A stretch of DNA of 63,301 nucleotides, the filler included, from Reclinomonas americana ATCC 50394 (Eukaryota): assembly GCA_048213135.1 (NCBI GenBank). It is 44 parts of 44 records of this genome, joined end to end, with 100 filler letters (N's around TTAATTAATTAA, not from the genome) between each part and the next. Parts side by side here need not be neighbours in the genome. Positions count along the whole stretch, not along the records: positions 60,537 to 61,869 come from AFZH01025810.1; positions 61,970 to 63,301 come from AFZH01025811.1; 42 more parts are not named here. The stretch is one strand, 5' to 3'. The position numbers were made by a program, and so were the translations under genes. Numbering within the stretch: position 1 is the stretch's first letter; each line of letters opens with the position of its first letter. Positions 61,005 through 63,301 of the stretch are shown piece after piece. Below the pieces are notes generated by a model that did no database searches, was not told the origin of the DNA, and worked only from the letters and a program-made list of their open reading frames with translations.

Positions 61005-61440
61005 AGGAACGGGATTGGGAGGAACAACGGGCGCAAGGGGAAGGCATTGACAAACATAAGTCATTTGCGAGGGGAGGCGTTAGACGAAAAGAAGAAGAGG
61101 TGGAAGAAGAACGGGATTGACAGAAGCACAAGGGAAGGCATAGACGACGCACACAAGTCATTCCGAGAGAAGAAGAAGAAGGAGAAGAACGGGATTGAGA
61201 AAAAAGCAAGAGAAGTCATCGACGACGCAACAGTCATTCGCGAGGGCGAGAAGAGAGAAGGAGATATAGAAGGAGAAGAAAGGAAAGGGGGAGAACGGGG
61301 GAAGCCATCGACGACACAACAGTCGTTCGCAAGGGCGAGAAGAGAGAAGGAGAGAAGAAAAAGGAGAAGAATGGGATTGACAGAAACAGACGGTAAAAGG
61401 GGAAGCCATCCGCCAACGCAACAGTCATTCGCGAGGAGGA
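61005..61440. repeat. Degenerate intronic tandem repeat (..GGGATTGAxA.. ..GACGACGCAxCAxGTCATTCGCGAG..)
   Basis: Four to five imperfect copies between two minus-strand exons. Confidence 0.6.
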
Positions 61441-61729
61441 ACACCACACTTCCACCTCGTCAAAGTGCACGCGTTCCGGATCCGCCTGCCGCGGTCTCCG
61501 CTGCGGCTGCGTCCACCGAACCGTCAGCACAAAGCTGTCCTCTGCAGGCGCTCCTTCCGACATGTGTGGAAATAAAAGAAACACAATGCTGCGTGTGTAA
61601 GGGATGAGGAGAGGTGAGTGAGTGAGGGAGCAAAAAAGATCAATGTGCGGAAAAAAGGTCACTGGCGGACTGCATGCGCGGAACGAACATGAAGTCCATA
61701 TTTATCGACTTGCTTGTCACTCTCTCAAC

Positions 61730-61763
<34 letters not shown>

Positions 61764-61969
61764 CTCACCTCACCTCTCTCTCTCTCTCTTTTCTCTCTCT
61801 CTCAACACACTTTGATGTGAGCATGAGTGTCGAGTTGTGAGACTTGCATGCATGCACAATAGGATGTACNNNNNNNNNNNNNNNNNNNNNNNNNNNNNNN
61901 NNNNNNNNNNNNNTTAATTAATTAANNNNNNNNNNNNNNNNNNNNNNNNNNNNNNNNNNNNNNNNNNNN

Positions 61970-62077
61970 CTCCGGCGCGATCGCCCCTTCCGGACCCGCG
62001 TAGCGGAACCCGGAACCCGATCGCACCCGTCGGAATCCCGGATCATCCCCGGGAACGACGCGATTCAGTCTCGCCAT
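61970..62077 (-). CDS. Bacterial DNA topoisomerase IB, N-terminus (truncated)
   Basis: MARLNRVVPGDDPGFRRVRSGSGFRY..P.G matches bacterial TopIB N-termini; GGAGG Shine-Dalgarno upstream. Confidence 0.7.
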
Positions 62078-62166
62078 CCGTGCTGCCTCCCTCGACTCGT
62101 TCTCGGATCGAGGATGTCGCGCTTCTCCCGACGGTGAAAGGGAGTGGCGTCGCCTGCTCCTCCGTG

Positions 62167-62661
62167 CTATCGATCGTCGGCGCGAGGTACGGCGAAGGTG
62201 CTGCGCATATGGTCGCTCGTGAGGAAATCCGCGATGCCGATCATGATCAGGCTGAACACGATCTGCTCGGACACCATCCACAGCGGATACAGGCCGGGGA
62301 TCGCCGCCATCACGAGCGTGATGACGGGGAAGATCTGCGCGAACAGCCGCAGCCGCCGATACGCCCAACGCCACCCGCGCTGTGCCCGCCAGGCGAAGTA
62401 GAACAGCGTGGCGGTCATCGCGAGCACGACGAGTGTCCGCATCCAGACGGCGAAGGAGACCGACTCCCCGTCGACGGCCAGCAGCAGCGCGACGGCAACG
62501 GATCCGACACCGATCACGAGTTCCACGACGAGGAGCCAGAGGATCCAGGTGAAGGCTCGCACGGTCTTGGTGTGTGTGCGGTCGGCCTCGCTGATCGCGA
62601 CGCCGGCCTGCCGCCCGCCGGCGATCCGGTCGAGACGGAGGAAGAGGGATTCCAGAGCCAT
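62167..62661 (-). CDS. Bacterial (actinobacterial-like) 4-TM membrane protein
   Basis: 164-aa ORF with four hydrophobic helices, starting 10 nt after the MFS stop. Confidence 0.75.
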   Translation of the reverse strand: MALESLFLRLDRIAGGRQAGVAISEADRTHTKTVRAFTWILWLLVVELVIGVGSVAVALLLAVDGESVSFAVWMRTLVVLAMTATLFYFAWRAQRGWRWAYRRLRLFAQIFPVITLVMAAIPGLYPLWMVSEQIVFSLIMIGIADFLTSDHMRSTFAVPRADDR

Positions 62662-62670
62662 GGCTGGAGC

Positions 62671-63301
62671 CTATGGGCTTCGACGCTCGGCGGCCTCGTC
62701 CGTTCGATGGATGCCGGACGCGCCCGCCGTCCCGATATCCGGTGTGCCTTCGGTTCCGACGGACGAGAGCCCGTTGGCCTCGGGCATGATGACCCGTTCC
62801 AGCGCCAGTGCCAGCAGACCGACGACGAGACCACCCGCCACCATCAGACCGATGAACCAGACGTCCAGGCCTTCGCCCAGCATCACCCCGGCGACGAGCG
62901 GCCCCAGGATCGCGCCTCCTTGGAACGCAGCCGAGTTGATCGCGTTGTATCGGCCGCGCGTGCGGTCGGAGGCGAGGTCGTTGTAGATCGCCGGGACCGT
63001 CGGCTGCAGCATCGTCTCACCGAAGGCGAAGACCCCCATGAAGGCGATGACGCCGATCGCGGCGGTGATGGTCCCTGGGAGGAATCCGGTGGCCCCCAGC
63101 AGCACCCAGGAGAGCGCCCAGATGAGCGCCATGACCTGCATGACCCGCGTGCGCCTCTTTCCGGAGATGAGTCGGAGGACCGTGAACTGCAAGAGCACGA
63201 TCACCGCGGTGTTCACCGCGAAGGCGAGGCCGACGACCTGCGTCGACACCTCGGCGACCTGGCGCGCGAAAGCGGGGAACCCGGCCTCCATCTGCCCGTA
63301 G
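62671..63301 (-). CDS. Bacterial MFS transporter, C-terminal half
   Basis: FAVNTAVIVLLQ, FAFGETMLQPTVPAIYNDLASDRTRGRYNA, ILGPLVAG. Confidence 0.9.
   Translation of the reverse strand, partial: YGQMEAGFPAFARQVAEVSTQVVGLAFAVNTAVIVLLQFTVLRLISGKRRTRVMQVMALIWALSWVLLGATGFLPGTITAAIGVIAFMGVFAFGETMLQPTVPAIYNDLASDRTRGRYNAINSAAFQGGAILGPLVAGVMLGEGLDVWFIGLMVAGGLVVGLLALALERVIMPEANGLSSVGTEGTPDIGTAGASGIHRTDEAAERRSP

Overview
This window is not one locus. It is 44 unrelated short contigs (about 1,353 falling to about 1,332 nt, apparently sorted by length) joined by an artificial 100-nt spacer (44 N + TTAATTAATTAA + 44 N), so gene order across spacers means nothing. About 42 contigs come from a GC-rich, intron-rich, microsatellite-rich flagellated eukaryote, a protist using the standard code (TAA ends RAB23 and the H+-PPase). 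Recognisable gene fragments include a P3A H+-ATPase, membrane PPase, MAPK, CDC14, TKL and other kinases, RAB23, DNAH10-like axonemal dynein, aralar/citrin, makorin, WDTC1/DCAF6-like WD40, RCC1, ankyrin, NRF-domain acyltransferase, Deltex-like and caspase-like domains, two divergent Amt proteins and many large repetitive surface proteins. Two contigs (43327-44661, 61970-63301) are bacterial contaminants. Top observations: (1) an Amt/Mep ammonium-transporter domain with altered gate residues running in-frame, within one exon, into a class III nucleotide-cyclase start motif, a candidate eukaryotic ammonium-sensing transporter-cyclase; (2) a clear U12-type AT-AC intron in RAB23 with an unusually distant branch point; (3) a recurrent atypical 5' splice site GTTGCG(Y) at about 10 introns, mostly without the -1 G; (4) protist versions of signalling modules best known from animals (Deltex C-terminal domain, caspase fold, CC1-box dynein adaptor, one-exon-per-domain cadherin-like repeats). 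All assignments rest on motif recognition by eye; no searches were run.
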